DNA of 63,972 nt, counting the filler, from Phoronis australis (taxonomy: Eukaryota; Animalia; Phoronida), in assembly GCA_002633005.1 (NCBI GenBank). It is 10 parts of 10 records of this genome, joined end to end, with 100 filler letters (N's around TTAATTAATTAA, not from the genome) between each part and the next. Parts side by side here need not be neighbours in the genome. Positions count along the whole stretch, not along the records: positions 20,999 to 36,879 come from NMRA01000706.1; positions 36,980 to 40,154 come from NMRA01000466.1; 8 more parts are not named here. One strand, given 5' to 3'. Position 1 is the stretch's first letter. Each line of letters opens with the position of its first letter. Under the pieces are notes generated by a model. It saw only the letters and a program-made list of their open reading frames with translations. It had not been told where the DNA came from and did not search any database. Both the position numbers and the translations under genes were made by a program. Of the stretch, positions 26,155 through 40,154 are shown one piece after another.

Positions 26155-29100
26155 GTCGTTTTATATTGTACAAATTACCAGTTCACCCCGCTAAGATGAA
26201 TTAGGTACATGTACTAGGACAAGTAATACATAGGTGGATTTACCCCCACCTCCCTTGGCTGCCGCAAAATAAAAATAAGGAACAACAAGAGCGGTAATAA
26301 TCATGAGCTTGAAACAATATTTAACTTGGGCAGTTGTGATTTGTGTGTGGGCGTGTGCGTGTGTGGGGGGCTCTGCATATTGATGTAAATATTATTCCTC
26401 GGTATAACCTGAAGTAGACAACCCCAATTACCTTTCGAGAACGGGACTGTGCAAATGGATACTTCGGACCTCTGGCTTCGGCCGTCCAAGCAGAGGTGTT
26501 CACCGGCACACGCGGCTAACCGATGTATATGTGCGTGTCTTGCCAACCACTACAGGGTGTTTTTGGTGTCACGTGTGCATTCCTCTTTTTTCATTGAAAT
26601 ACTTAATGTTAACGTATCAGATTCTATAACTCTATCCTTTTGCAAAATTTTTCGACCAGCTTTTAATCAAATTGGCTTATGCCCTCAATTCCGAATATGC
26701 ACATGACAGTACACAAACATGAATTGTTCCATTGGTCAACTGTTGCATACAATGACACGACTTCACATGCACGCATACTGCTGTTTGTATAATCATCGAT
26801 TTCCATGGGTTTCTATTATTTTTTTTCTAATTAGTGTTCAAGTGTTTCCCACGAACGCATGCCTCAGATCTTTTCGTTAGAATAAATCATGTGGCGTCGG
26901 TCAAGGCATTTTTAGGACCATACTAAAATTGAAGTAATGGCGCACCGGAGGAGCGGCCCCCTTGTCAGCTGATCGTCTTGTCGGTTTGTGAACAACTGAA
27001 AAATAAGCACTTTGGAATTATAACGACGAAAAAGGTTTATCATGTTGCTGTATAATATCATTTCCTGAACGTTATACATTTCAGTGATTGTCTTTTCGAC
27101 TGAGCTGGAAAAAACCTCCCAGTCCCTAGCAGCACTCCGTGAAAATTCCAATCAACGCATTAGGAATTTAGTCTTTGCAGTGGCTTATATGGTCGTTTAA
27201 GCAATGCATGGGTCACATATTTACATTACTTTATGTTACCAATATTTTATAACCTCGTATTTAAAATTTCAAATTTTATTCTGAAAATTCCCCGGCTTCC
27301 ATAAGGCCTCTGTGCTTTTATTGGGGACAAATAAAAACAAAAATAATATATATTTTAAGTTGTATTGGGAATTTCAGGGTCACAGCTCTACAAAGAAATA
27401 TTTCACAGAAGGAACCATGTGGGTTCTTTAATTACAAGAGATAACACACATATTTCCGATACCCAAAGTGTAATTGAGTATCTGATACTAAGTGGCACAG
27501 GTTAGCATAGTACCAAATGGGTACATAATACCAAATGGGTATGAGCAATATTGGGACACTTCTGTGTGTGAGATGCGGCGCTTTCGAGCTTTACCTCACC
27601 AGGTTCCACCGCGATATGCGATAGATTCCCATCTAGGCCTTAACCATTGTAAATCCCATCAATAATAACTCCTGTCATGTTGGCCACTGGCACTCATATC
27701 CATTCTACATGGGTTCCCTGAATCCAACTGTGCTTCACTCCTTGTTCAAGGCTTAAAATAGCTAGTGACGCACTTCGCTCAGTGTCGCCCCAGAAAATAC
27801 GGCAAACCTGCAGTTTTCACCCCAAAGCCACCATTTGTATGTGATTACTGTGAACTGAGAGACAGTGTATTCAGCCTGCAAAACCTCCCGCATTACATAA
27901 ATCAGGTGAAATGTGGGTGTCGACCAGCTATATTTTTCACAATTAAATCTAAAGGGTCTGAGAGGTATCTGAATTTCCCGTAAAATTTCAACTTCCCGCT
28001 TGCAAGCAGCAAAAATTTAACTAAAGCCATGTGTGAGCAGAAAGAGAGTCAAGGTCTCAACAGCTGACAATCTCTCCCAGGCCACATTCAAAAATCAAGC
28101 AAATGCCTTTAGCCTCCACATGCAGCACAAAACGTTTAAACTAAGTCAATCCAGCAAGCGCCATTTTTTAAGAAACTGGAGAAACAAAATTCAACCGTGG
28201 CTCAAAAAAGCTATTGATTGTCACCTTAATGTCGTCTGCTTATTAAACCTGGTGAATATTTGATTCATGGTTTAGTTTATCTGGCGTAGGAATTAATTAA
28301 TGTGAGCTGCCTACAGTATCCAATAGCAATTGGGCGCGTGGCTAAAGTATGTTCCCGCCTGAAATGAACTTTCTCCAATCGTCAAGAAGGAGACTCTCAA
28401 AACAAAGAAAATCATTGTCTTACTGCTGTTCTCAATTTCACTTAATCAAATCCTTCAGCCATTATTGTATGATCAATCAAATAAGTGCCTATTTAAGTGA
28501 TATGCTGTCAAAGAATCTATGTTCAAGTGTTCCTAATTTTTTACTTATTTCTATTTTTCCTACTTTCAATTCGAAATTCCTGATGTTTCCTACTATTTGC
28601 CCCACTTCTCTGAAACTGTGTGTAATGTTATCTTTTTAGAATACCCAGTAGTACTCGTAGATCATCTTAGGCAGGACTGAACAAGGACAATTATCTTACC
28701 AAATATGGGTAACATTTGTTCTTCACTCTGACTAAAAAGTTGCCAATACCAAGGCCAAAACCTTCTATTATTTGTCTGGGCAGGGTCACCAATAGGAGGG
28801 GTTGGTGGGCCACTTTAACTTGAATGGGTGTTTTGCTTTGCCGGGTATTGTTGGAGGCAAGAATTCTACTTCATTTTGAACATGGTATTGTCTTGGATTG
28901 GAGAATGGCAACCCTTTCTCGTTATTTGGGGTTTCCTTAAAAGATGTATACACAACAATGACACATTTACTCAAATTTCAACATTATACATACACAGACG
29001 AATCTAATTTTATGCCCTGACGAGCTACTGACACTAAAGGTAAATGACTTTTTTGCTGACTTCGTCATTATATCCAGAAATAATTGCAGTCACTGTCTAG

Positions 29101-32100
29101 GACCAATAAGATTATTTGTCCACTGAGTGATTTTCATTTTAGTACATGTACACTGTAGGTCATGAGTATTTTAAAATGCAATTAGCCTAGTCTTGAGGTC
29201 TAGCCTGGCTTGATTTATTGAACGTACATATATTAGCCTTGGAGTAACACTTGGGGTAGATGGACTCTTTATAAACGCTTTGAGGAAAATATGTTGCTGA
29301 AAGTGTGCTAGTCATGAATTTTCTTCTGTTGTATGGATCACTGGAAGATAAATCTTTGTCTTAGTAACATTTTTTTTTGCCTTTTTCATTGAATAGTTGT
29401 CATATCCTGCTATGAAAACTGAAATATTATGTTTGAAAATGACGATGGCAAAATGGAACTTTTAGGCATACAAAAGTGCAAGAACTAGGTTTACTACTCA
29501 TCTATTTCTCTTAATTTTGAAATAAACAGAAAGACTTCTATCACCTGTACAATCATTGGGCATTTTTCGAAAACCCAACCCCCCCTCCTCCTCTAAAGTC
29601 TTCGTTTGGCTCTTTTCAGTAAGGTTTTTATCGTTTTACATTTATTTGGTGTATCGAAAACGTGGGTTCGATGTCGGCTTTCCAATTTTAATGCGCCCAC
29701 ACATTGATGCACATTGCTGTTCCTGTATTTTGTTTAAAGTGAATTATGAGCCAGGTTGGCTGGGTGTTCAAGTAACACTGGGCATTGTAATTAATTCATT
29801 TTTCACAATATTTGGATGAATATTGCCGTTATCTGGGTCTGGGCGTCCGGCGTCTGGTGAATGCGGTTAAATATCCTGGACCCCTTGCAGAATTTATTGA
29901 AATTTGGCAGGTGTTTTCCTACGAGACTGACTACCGATGACGACTAGTTTCGGACCGACACGAAAACTACTGTGCCCCCTTGCGGCAGTTTTAGTTTTTT
30001 ACGTTTGCCAGATCATGATTTCTGACATAATCCAACTACTATGGCGCCACCCGTCACATTCGACAGCAAATTTCTGTGCACATTACCGAGGACAAGCCAA
30101 AGACTCATAAAAAATCTCGTTTTCAATTTTGCTAATTTTGCTTATCTCACATTGAGCAAACATTTCCTTAGGTATTGGTCTAAAACCTACAAGTAATTGC
30201 TCACTGTAATTCTGTTTTAATAGTAAAGTAGATTTGATATTTAGTCGGATAAATATTTACAGAGTGCAAATTTTGCTCCACAGTTAAATAATATTTGACC
30301 AGGAAATTCTGAAAGAGAATAAATCTACGTCATCTGGTCCATGTAACCATACCTCTCCAAAACCCGTTGATGTAAAGTAGCACTTAAGCTATGCTAAATC
30401 TTTAATTATATCGTTCTCGTATCAATTTTACCTATGCCAACATTTCAAGTCGCGGATTCTAAAATTTGGAGATGAATGTTACCAAGGAAGTGCCTCAACA
30501 CTTGAGTCGTGGTCTTCTCTAGCTTCAGTGTACATGTATTCATTAATGATTTTTCTGCTCAATGTCGCTCAATTGACAGTACTGTTTGGTATTCAGTGAA
30601 GAAAAACGGAGTTAATGAATGTCGAAACCTAGCTGTGATGTGGTTTAAAACAAATCACACGAAATAGAAATTTATAGTGAAAAACTTTCTCAAGAAAATT
30701 GTCCCTCAAGAGAAAAAAGTTAATATTGCATGGTTTAGCAAAGTTATGGTTATGTACTAGGTTCCGAGAAAAATGTCAAAATTTGGCCGACTTCGGAGCA
30801 TCATGTCTCAGAGATGGCTTATTAAAATATATGAACATTTCAAATAATTTATGCACAGTTCTCAAAGACGCTGAAAGGAATTGCTTTTAAATTTTCGTTT
30901 TTTTCATGAAAGGCTGTCATAAAATAGGGCTATCGTGACTTTCAGGAAATTCTTTAAAGTTGTATTATACGAAAACGAAAACGAATTGGTTTGATACAAA
31001 ATTGTCACAGAGTGGAGTGTCGGCAAGTAAAGAGGAGTCGTCTACTAATGCTTTATTAGATACTCGAAACATTTCACAGTTATATTCTTACAAGTCTTCT
31101 CCGTTTTGGTTTTACAAAACCAGAAACAAAACTACATTGCAAAACCTTTAATCACAATTTAGACAAAAATGCAAATAAAAATACCATAATAGGAAAATAT
31201 AGGAAAAAAATCACTTAAGTATTGCAGCTCTCATCCCCTCCTCTTTAAAGCCCAATGTACACTGCCCAAACCAAGTGTGTAGAATACAAGTCAGCAGACA
31301 CACCAGGCGTGCGTTCAGTACAAAGCACGTGCCAATCCTAGCAAAATGGCGGATATTGAAGGGTAAGCCGATGATTTTCGTTCGTTTTTCGAAATTTTTC
31401 GGCAAACTGTTGACTGAAGTACCAATTAAGGCACGTGTGTTAAACGAAATGTAGCGCTGCTGAGTTTGTCTGTTCTAGTTCCCATCAGATTTGCATTTGA
31501 TAGACAAAAATGATAGATAGACATCAATGTCATTCGTGGTAAAATACCTGTGTCGTCTGCTTCAACTAGCAAGCACGGGTTCTCGGACTCTCTTAGGCCA
31601 GTATGTTCCTGCAGCTATACGACTACACTACACGACCACTGTACTCGTAAGTGTTTTTTGTCCATTTCAGGCTGCAGTTCAGGTATGATTGCGATGTCAG
31701 AATTCTGATCTGTATCATCTTTACTTGCAGCCCCACTTTGGTCACGAGATATGTAGAGTTTCAACAGGTTGGCATGGTATGTCTTGGTCTTTCCACCGAC
31801 CCTTACTCGGAAGTCCATTTTATTGAGTACCTCAGTCACTCCATAGCGACCCCTCTACTGCAGTAGCAGCTTGTTAGTGTCGGTTGGTAACAAGAGAGTT
31901 GGTCTCCCACTTGGAAGCGCTGATCTCGTGTCTTTTTGTCATAATGGTGCTTGTATGTTTCATCAGCATTTTGTAAGTTTTCCCGCACCAGTTCACATGC
32001 CTCTTCCAGACGATGTCGAAAGTCGAGGACAAACTCATAAGTATTCCGTACGTCTGGTGTTTCATTCCCAGTTCACAACTCTTTAAGCACCTGCATGGGC

Positions 32101-32204
32101 TCTCGCACGATTCTACCATACAACAGTTCAAATGGCGAGAAAGCTGTGCTCACGTGTGGTACCTCTCGGTAGGCGAACAGTACTGCTGGTAAGTACCGGT
32201 CCCA

Positions 32205-32768
32205 TCCAACGTTTTGGCTTACTTTATTATGCCATTCTCAAGGAAACAGTTACAAACACAAAACAAGCGACAGAGGTAGAGAAGAGACTGTACAGGTACA
32301 CATCAAAGTGCAGACCAGAAATCAAAACTGTTGGAGCTCAAATGAACCAATGTTTCTATTGAGGTAACTCTCAGCATGATTCAACCGTATATGCATGACC
32401 TTCTTTATGAGGAGCCTCAGAGTGGCAGATCCTAGACAAAGGAGAATGCCACCTTGAGGCTCCTCATAAAGCAGGCTATGCATATATGGTTGAATCATGC
32501 TGAGCGTTACCTCATTAGAAACATTGGTTCATTTGCGCTCCAACAGTTTTGATTTCTGGTCTACCCCCCTCACAATGCATTTTGATGTGTACCTGTACAG
32601 TCTCTTCCCTACCTCTGTCGCTTGTTTTGTGTTTGTAACTGTTTCCTTGAGAATGGCTTAATAAAATAAACCGAAACGTTGGATTGGATAGATATGTCGT
32701 TATTTACTTACATGTACGCGCTAATTTTAAAGTTCGTGCTTCTGTTCTGGCCTAAATCAAATGTGATC
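32205..32768. mobile_element. 564-bp insertion with 11-bp TSD; ~480-bp foldback with Penelope-like ends
   Basis: TACCGGTCCCA at 32194-32204 and 32769-32779. Removal restores integrase RPQDWDRYLPAVLFAYREV. 32205-32430 is the reverse complement of 32443-32683. Confidence 0.9.
32644..32683 (+). ncRNA. Putative minimal type I hammerhead ribozyme (U3-A8 core variant); mirror copy on minus strand at 32205-32244
   Basis: TCC-TTGAGAA-T-GGCTTA-ATAAAA-TAAACC-GAAA-CGTT-GGA. The two-arm consensus gives a perfect 6-bp stem II, a palindromic AACGTT stem III and a 3-bp stem I. Confidence 0.6.
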
Positions 32769-33926
32769 TACCGGTCCCAATCTTGTGGACGCTCTTGGAA
32801 CATTTTCTTAAGCATACTCTTCAGTACACCGTCAATGCGCTCACACAATCCATTGCATTTCGGATTGTATGGAGTGGTGAACAGTTGCTTCATGGATATC
32901 AACCTTGCAACTTGTTTCAGTACTTCTGAGGTAAACTGTGTCCCACAGTCACTAAGCACCTCTCCTGGAACGCCAATTCTACACAAGGTTTCAAAGAGTG
33001 CTTCCGTGACTCGCTCAACTTCTATTCTGGGTAGAGGAACTGTCTCTGTGTATCTTGTGGCATAGTCTACGATGGTGAGAATGAACCGGGTGCCTCTGTC
33101 TGTGATCTGTGACACAGGACCAATCAAATCAACAGCTATACGCTGGAACGGTTTCTCACCCAGTGGCACTTTAGAGATCCTGCCCTTAGGAGTTGTTCGT
33201 TGGCAGATGTCACATGATCTGCAGAAACGATTTATGTCACTGCCAACTCCAGGTCAATAAAAGCTACTGGCTATTCTATCACTGGTCTTCTTCTCACCAA
33301 GGTGCCCAACAACGATTGACTCGTGAGCTAGCGTCATAACCTGTTGCCGATATTTGACAGGGACAACTACCTGAAGCCATTCTTTGGTGTTATCAGCATA
33401 CACTCGGTGCAGGACCCCCTTCTGCTTCTCATACCAGTATTGACCTCTACCACGTGTCCTTGCTGGTTTGTCTTTCTCAACAAGTTCCATAATCTTACGT
33501 AGGGAAGGATCATGCTGTTGCTCATCCTTAAACTTGGTGACGTCGAGATTTTCCGCTCCGGAGGGAGGTGCCGCCAAAGGCTTAAAGGTTTTTCTCTCTC
33601 TTTTTTGCCTTTGCACTAGTAGTGACTGCAGACATGACACTACCTCGTGGCTGCCAATTGGAATCAGGATCCTTGCTGACGCCAACACCATTCCCTAGGA
33701 TGAGGTCATATATTGATGTTCGCATACACATCGCCTCGATTTCACCGACGAAGTATGGAGTATTTACCTCAATCTTCGCTATGGGAAAGCATCGTGCTGT
33801 TCAATCTATTAACACACAGATTTGTTGTTTCCCCGCGAGTTGACTTTCTTTGACTAGGGACGTCTTCACCGCTGAACTACTGCAACCAGTGTCACGCAGC
33901 ATGCGTACTTTTTTCTCGTTGACGTA

Positions 33927-34130
33927 CAGCACACATCACGAATTTTTGGCCGACCGGTCGGAAATTGGTCGACGACCGGCCGTCGACCGGTCGTCTAGCC
34001 GACCACCAGCCGACCAACAACGGTCGGCTAGGAGCCGTCTGCTTAGTCGCCTCTGTGGTCGGCACTTGGGTCGGCTAATTGGTCGCCTAGCGTAGACGAC
34101 CAATTCGGATTAAGCGTGTCCTTGGTCGGC
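33927..34130. mobile_element. Probable DNA-transposon end with dense CGACC/GGTCG subterminal repeats, truncating the Gypsy element
   Basis: Begins where protease similarity stops; more than ten CGACC/GGTCG motifs in both orientations. No partner end found. Confidence 0.5.
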
Positions 34131-34790
34131 AATTAGCATTTTATGACTTAGCGGGTGAACTTTGGACAAACAAACATTTAACTGTTCGCTGTTCGTTTAG
34201 CAGTGGCAACTCCGGTCTTGACATCGGTTTATCAAATTTTGTTCAACTATTAAATGGAGGTAAAATCGAATCAACCTACAAATACGAAGTGCGTGGCATT
34301 ACACAAGCCGAATACCTTATGTTGAATTAATGACGGCGTGGTAAAATCAAACGTTAAGTGATATAGCGGAAAAATAATTTCTAACTTTAGATATCAGACT
34401 TTTTATGCAGTGCATTATGCATAAAAACAAGCACGAAATTTGAAATTTACAGCAAAATTGCATAAAAATCAGAATACAACACTGGATATTTTACGACCTC
34501 AAATGTTTTCATGCCGCGGATTGCTCAACAAGCAGCACGCATTTGCGCTCATCCGTTATTGCTCTTGATCATCACTTCGTCACACTGTATATTGCGCTTT
34601 ACCACAGATAATTATTGTTTATTTCTGTATAATTTCTTAATATGTTGGTACAGCAATAGAACCCAAGTTTATTTTAGGAACAATATAAACAATGGTTTGA
34701 ACATAGCGCCGATATGAAATCATGGGCGCATGAAAACGGAAGACTGTGATCGGTTTATAGTGTAATCCGTCATCGATCATCATTCTGAAA

Positions 34791-35605
34791 TTGTTGTCAC
34801 TTTCGCAGTAAAAATTTTTTTGTAGCCAGAGCCTTCCTATCTAGCCAGCTAGCTGTGAAGACTATTTTCAAAATACAGCAAGGTGCCACTGCGTATTGAG
34901 CTCAAACAGACCTCGAAATTTCACACGGCCCGGATAGTTACTTGTACGCTTGTCACCTCGTCGAAAAGCTTGTATCAACATGAGCTCAAGACCGGCGAGT
35001 TTGCATGCAAACTCTGGAAGCCAATTGGCATTCAAGTTGCCCGTTACGGCAGTTTAAACGAAAAACATCCGACGTCATCTTCTTGCGTAATTCTCTGCCT
35101 TTTGTAACGAAAAAACGTATGTCGTCGTTTTGAAAAGAGTTCATTCGTGACACGCGCCACTTTCAAAATGTTTTCGACATCTCCCATTATATGGTGACAA
35201 CATCTCCGCAAAATTTGGTTCACTGATATCAAAATTCCAAAAATATAACGAAGTGAAACCAATTCTGATCATTTGTCTTGACGTTTACGCAACCTCGAGG
35301 GAGAACGTTTGATTGTTCGGAAGAATCTGGGAAAAAGAAACTGACTAATAGGTGACGCAATATTTCATCGCGTCGAAAGTCGACGCAAAAGGTTATACCC
35401 TAATTTTAGCAGCAGAATAATTGTAGAAAACCAAATTTTGCAACGCTGGTAAATAATTTAGATTATTCTAGGGAGATTTTATTCGGTCAGTTTTTACCCA
35501 CAACGGCGCAAATTTGTATACACCTTCATACCAAGGCTAGAGCCTTCCGAGCCCTTTGGCGTAAGAACACAATTGTTGGCGTTTCGCGTATACTCCAAGG
35601 GGTAA
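34791..35605. repeat. ~815-bp interspersed repeat; second diverged copy at 36983-37807
   Basis: Collinear similarity from TTGTTGTCACTTTCG to a shared end AAGGGGTAA, after which the flanks differ. Confidence 0.85.
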
Positions 35606-38600
35606 AACTTTGAAAATAATATTTTTGGGGTAACCTGGTACAGGTAATCCTGAAAAACTTGTCTGTGTTTTCATGTAGAGCGTAAAAATTTTTAACCCAG
35701 TGATTCAAAAAGAACACTCTCGCAAACGAAAACGCACAAAATTTTCAGCTCTATTACCCTGGCTAAAAAACAACTTCTATAAGTTTATTGCATCGGATTC
35801 TAGTGATCACCAGGGCAAATCAAAACTCTTAAGGGGGCGCAATTTCAAACCTTTGGCATGAATCAGTGATATAAAAATGGAATTAGACCGACTTTAATTC
35901 ATCAACAATGTAGACACAACAGTTACAGACACTGACTGCGTTTGCTAACGTCTTGTGGCAATGACAAAAATAAATGTTTCTACTATGATTGATAACAAGT
36001 TTTACTCTGATGAGGTATGATGCAATATACATGTCTAATATGCAGATCGGCAGTTGCAAAAATATTTACTGGATTTAATGAATCCGTTTGATATGAACCA
36101 CTGTAAAAGTATGGTTACTAATTGTACATTCGAAGCACGCCTCATTAGACTAAAAACATACACACACATGCTTGATGATCCTGGGAGTACCTCTAGGCAT
36201 GAATGAAGATATATAATTGTTAAGCCATAGAGGATAATAAGGCTTACATAATATCACACTGAGCCATCTACACCAGGCATATACAAAGGATANACTGAGC
36301 CATCTACACCAGGCATATACAAAGGATAGAGTATTTCAAAAGAATCCACAACTACTCATTTTTCATAGTCATAACTACTCATTTTTCATAGTATTACTAA
36401 ATCACGAACACCTAGATTTATATAAGAAGTTACACAGAACGCTGCTACAAAACTTGCTCTCTCACATTTATGGGAGGCCTAATTTGCAACATTTAACAAC
36501 ATATATTTTCTATATAAGATTAAAACCAAGCAAAACATGTTAACTCTCCAGGACCAAAGATAAATATCTCAAAACCAGAAATTTTACTTAAGCAGCAATT
36601 AAAAAAATCCAATACACTGAGATTGTTTTCACACAGAAGACCAAAAAAAACAAATAAAGACTAAAATTCACTACGTCAAGACTGAAATTTATCACATCAG
36701 CACCTATAATTTATCAAGTGAGGACCAAAAATTCTTCACTTCAGGATCAAAATAAAATACGACCGAACTGAAAATTTAATAAGACACGTTCAAAAACTTA
36801 CCACGTCAGTAACTTTACATGCCAGAACACCCCGTCACCATCCCCAAGCATTGATCCTTCAAAGTGATAATGTTCGTACNNNNNNNNNNNNNNNNNNNNN
36901 NNNNNNNNNNNNNNNNNNNNNNNTTAATTAATTAANNNNNNNNNNNNNNNNNNNNNNNNNNNNNNNNNNNNNNNNNNNNAATTTGTTGTCACTTTCGGAG
37001 TAAAAAATTGTTTCGAAGCTAGAGCCTTCCTATTTAGCCAGCTAGCTGTATGAAGCCTATTGTCAAAATACAGCGAGGTGTTACTATATATTGAGCTGCG
37101 ACAGACCTCGAAATTGCAAACAGCCCGAATAAATACGCTCGTCACCTCGTCGTGAAGCTTGTATCAACATGAGCTGAAGACTGGCGGGTGCGCAAAATCT
37201 GGAACTCAATTGACATTCACCTTGCCCGTTACGGCCGTTTAAGCGAAAAAATATCCGACGTCATTTTCTTGCGTAATTCTCTGCATTGGTAACAAAGAAA
37301 TGTATGTCGTCGTTTTGAAAGTAGTACATTTGTGTCACGCGCCACTTCCAGAAATTTTTCGACATCTCTCATTAAATGATGACAACATCGCAGCAAAATC
37401 TGTTCTAAAATTCGGTTTACTGATATCAAATTCCAACAACATATAATGAAGTAAAACCAATTCTGATCATTAGTTGTGACGTTTATGCAACCTCGAGGGA
37501 GAACGTTTGATTGAAGAATCTGGGAAAAAGAAACTGGCTAATAGGTGACGCAATATTTCATTGCGCCGAAAGTCGACGCAAAAGAACACACCACAATTTT
37601 AGCAGCAGAATAATAGTAGAAAAGCAAATTTTTCAACGCCGGTAAATAATTTAGATTACTCAAGAAAGATTTTGTTGGGTCAGTTTTTACCCACAACGGC
37701 GCAATTAAAAGTTGTATATTTAATTTAGTAAACAGCTTCGCACCAAGGCCGAGCCCTTTGGAGTAAGAACACAATACTTAGCGTTTCGCGTCTACTCTAA
37801 GGGGTAAGTTATACTTATTTACGTGTCATTACAAACATCTCCTGTTGACAGTTTCTTTCTCACAAAAGCGGTCTTCGAATGTAGAATCTGGACTGTGGTA
37901 TGTAGTGTTTGTCCTATCATTTTAGTTCACGTTCTTTCCGAAATTTATCTAAACGAATGTTTGTTTTCAAAGCAGGAAGAGAATTGTGATCAGATATAAA
38001 TGTGAATGGCTTATTGTTCGCGTACGTGCTATTCACAGTTATAACATATAATTCAACCGATATTACAATATACGTATGCCTAAGAACGTGCTTCGAGTCA
38101 GTGACCCTGTAATGAGTATGCCGTAAACTTTGTTTACCTAAACTTTGAAGACGTGCTTTGTACTTGGTCTCGGTTTATTAATGAAGTTCCTGACAACACA
38201 CGACTGAAAGTTTTGAAAACGCAACTCTTTCTTTACGCAGATACGTTTTCTGCCCACGCGTATATTTGATCTAGCAACCAGTACTGGTTCCTAGATTTGA
38301 TGTAGCCCCGGCCCAACTCTCACTAAAGTTAGTGGAAGCCAGATCACACTAAACCCCGGCGGCGGGCCACATTTCACGGCACAAACCACTGACGTGTGTC
38401 ATTGGTTCAAGTTTAAACTTTATTAGAGCTCAAATCATGAAATATATACCAAAGTGCAAATATGGTGATAGCCAAACGGGTTAGTTTTGAGGCCTGAATT
38501 CTGGACACTGGGGTTCAGTGCCAGTGCCTAGCTTTTTGTCAGTCATAAAAATGAAGAGTGGGCAAAAGTTACTTGCAACTGCTTCATAGTAAAAATCTGG

Positions 38601-39751
38601 TCAAAAGATGTTGAAAGAATATTAAAAGAAGTGATGTTGTTATCTCTGATCAGTGTTAGTAATGATCCCAGCCACCGCGAGTATGATAGGGCTCAAGTCA
38701 ACACGGTAGTTTCCTCATACCCCGCAAAGTTTAATAGTTTATAACTTATTAGTTCATCGATTTTTAAAAATGGAAAACCATGCTTGGTTGTTTTTTTACA
38801 ACTTAATACAGCCATGGAGTTTAACGAAATTCGGCGCCGGGCGCCGTACCTGCCACTCGACTATTTTGAGTCATTTTCTGCAGCCCGCGGACGAGATTCA
38901 TGAAGTCGCATTTCGGTAATTTAATATATCAACCTGGCACACAGCAGGCTATATAGAAGCACCAAAAAAAAACTGTTTCCCGGAGCGTGGAAAAGTCTTC
39001 GGACACGAAAAATGTTTTGTTTCACTAGCGCCGTAACGCCGCCGTGGGGACGTGACGCGAAAGTTTTCACTTTCCTTGAACGTAGAACTACGAAAGCGCA
39101 CTAGCCCACAGAAATAAAATAAATTATTTATCTCGTTATCTCACCTTTTTATCTTGTCATATCTGAGCTGTAAATTTCGAGTACCGGTAACACAGAGCAT
39201 GAGCGCTTAACGGCGGGAGATCTAACCACATGTCGACTGATTTTCAAAAAGACTCCGCCGTAACTCAGGGGACGTCAGACTAAGGCACGGAGGCGCTCTC
39301 AAAATACCTTTATAAAACCATTTCTGTGATCTCATCTCCTCGGACGACCACATCACTTCCCTCGTTCCATTTAGTTTCCAAAAGTCCTTTAACTCAGTTC
39401 ATGGTTGCGTTTTTCTGATTGCGTGTACCATTTAGCCAGTCAGGACCCACTGTCCCTCAAGCCTGTTGCTTCCGATGACTTGTTTTGGCTCTCCATCTAT
39501 GACATCATTTTTTTTCTGTAATCAGTTCTGTGAGGAAACCTTTTCCTCATGAGGAGAAAAGGGTTCTGACCTTTTTCTACTCATTTTATTGATGACAGAG
39601 CCACCAGGAAAATAGGCTGCACTGACTCTATCTACAACTGTGCGCTGTCATTGAAACCCACGTGATCACAGCTCCATTGGAGCACTTCAATAGTTTCTTT
39701 GTTGGGTTAACCCAGCTCGACACAGTGGGGTGCCTTAGATACCTTAAACCA

Positions 39752-40154
39752 GGGCCCGGTCTCTAATCTTTGTACTCGAAACGAACTCGAAACTATTTTT
39801 TGCAATTTCTCTGCTCCTTTTGTGCGAACTTAAGATAATTGGTTGTCAGACTGTGCTCGAATACATTGTAGTTTATGCATAGGAGTTTCTAGTTCAAGCT
39901 TGCCCTTGAAGACCCTTATATTCGTCTTACAAACTCGAGTAAAAACTCGAAATTTCGAGTTCAAACTCGAACTTATTGCTTTAATATTGGGTTTACAAAC
40001 TGTGAACTAAGGGCAATAAATTATCTACGTAAGTTATTGTGTACTCGAGCATAGAATAATAGACACTTATCTTGAGTTCGCCCAAAAGTAGAGTAGAAAA
40101 TGCCAAACCTAATTTCGAGTTCCATTTCGAGTAAAAAGATTGGAGACCGGGCCC
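39752..40154. mobile_element. Harbinger-like MITE with long imperfect inverted arms
   Basis: GGGCCCGGTCTCTAATCTTT / AAAGATTGGAGACCGGGCCC with repeated ACTCGAA motifs. The right flank is the spacer, so the TSD cannot be checked. Confidence 0.8.

Larger units (their letters stand above)
31740..33926 (-). mobile_element. Decayed Ty3/Gypsy pol fragment with protease directly followed by integrase (Gmr1-like order)
   Basis: Protease LRDTGC (DTG at 33885-33893), HHCC zinc motif (LAHES..GHLG...CRSCDICQ), DDE core (VDLIGP, SDCGTQF, CERIDG), then FAYREVP and YHANLLKLY. No RT or RNase H between protease and integrase. Confidence 0.9.
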
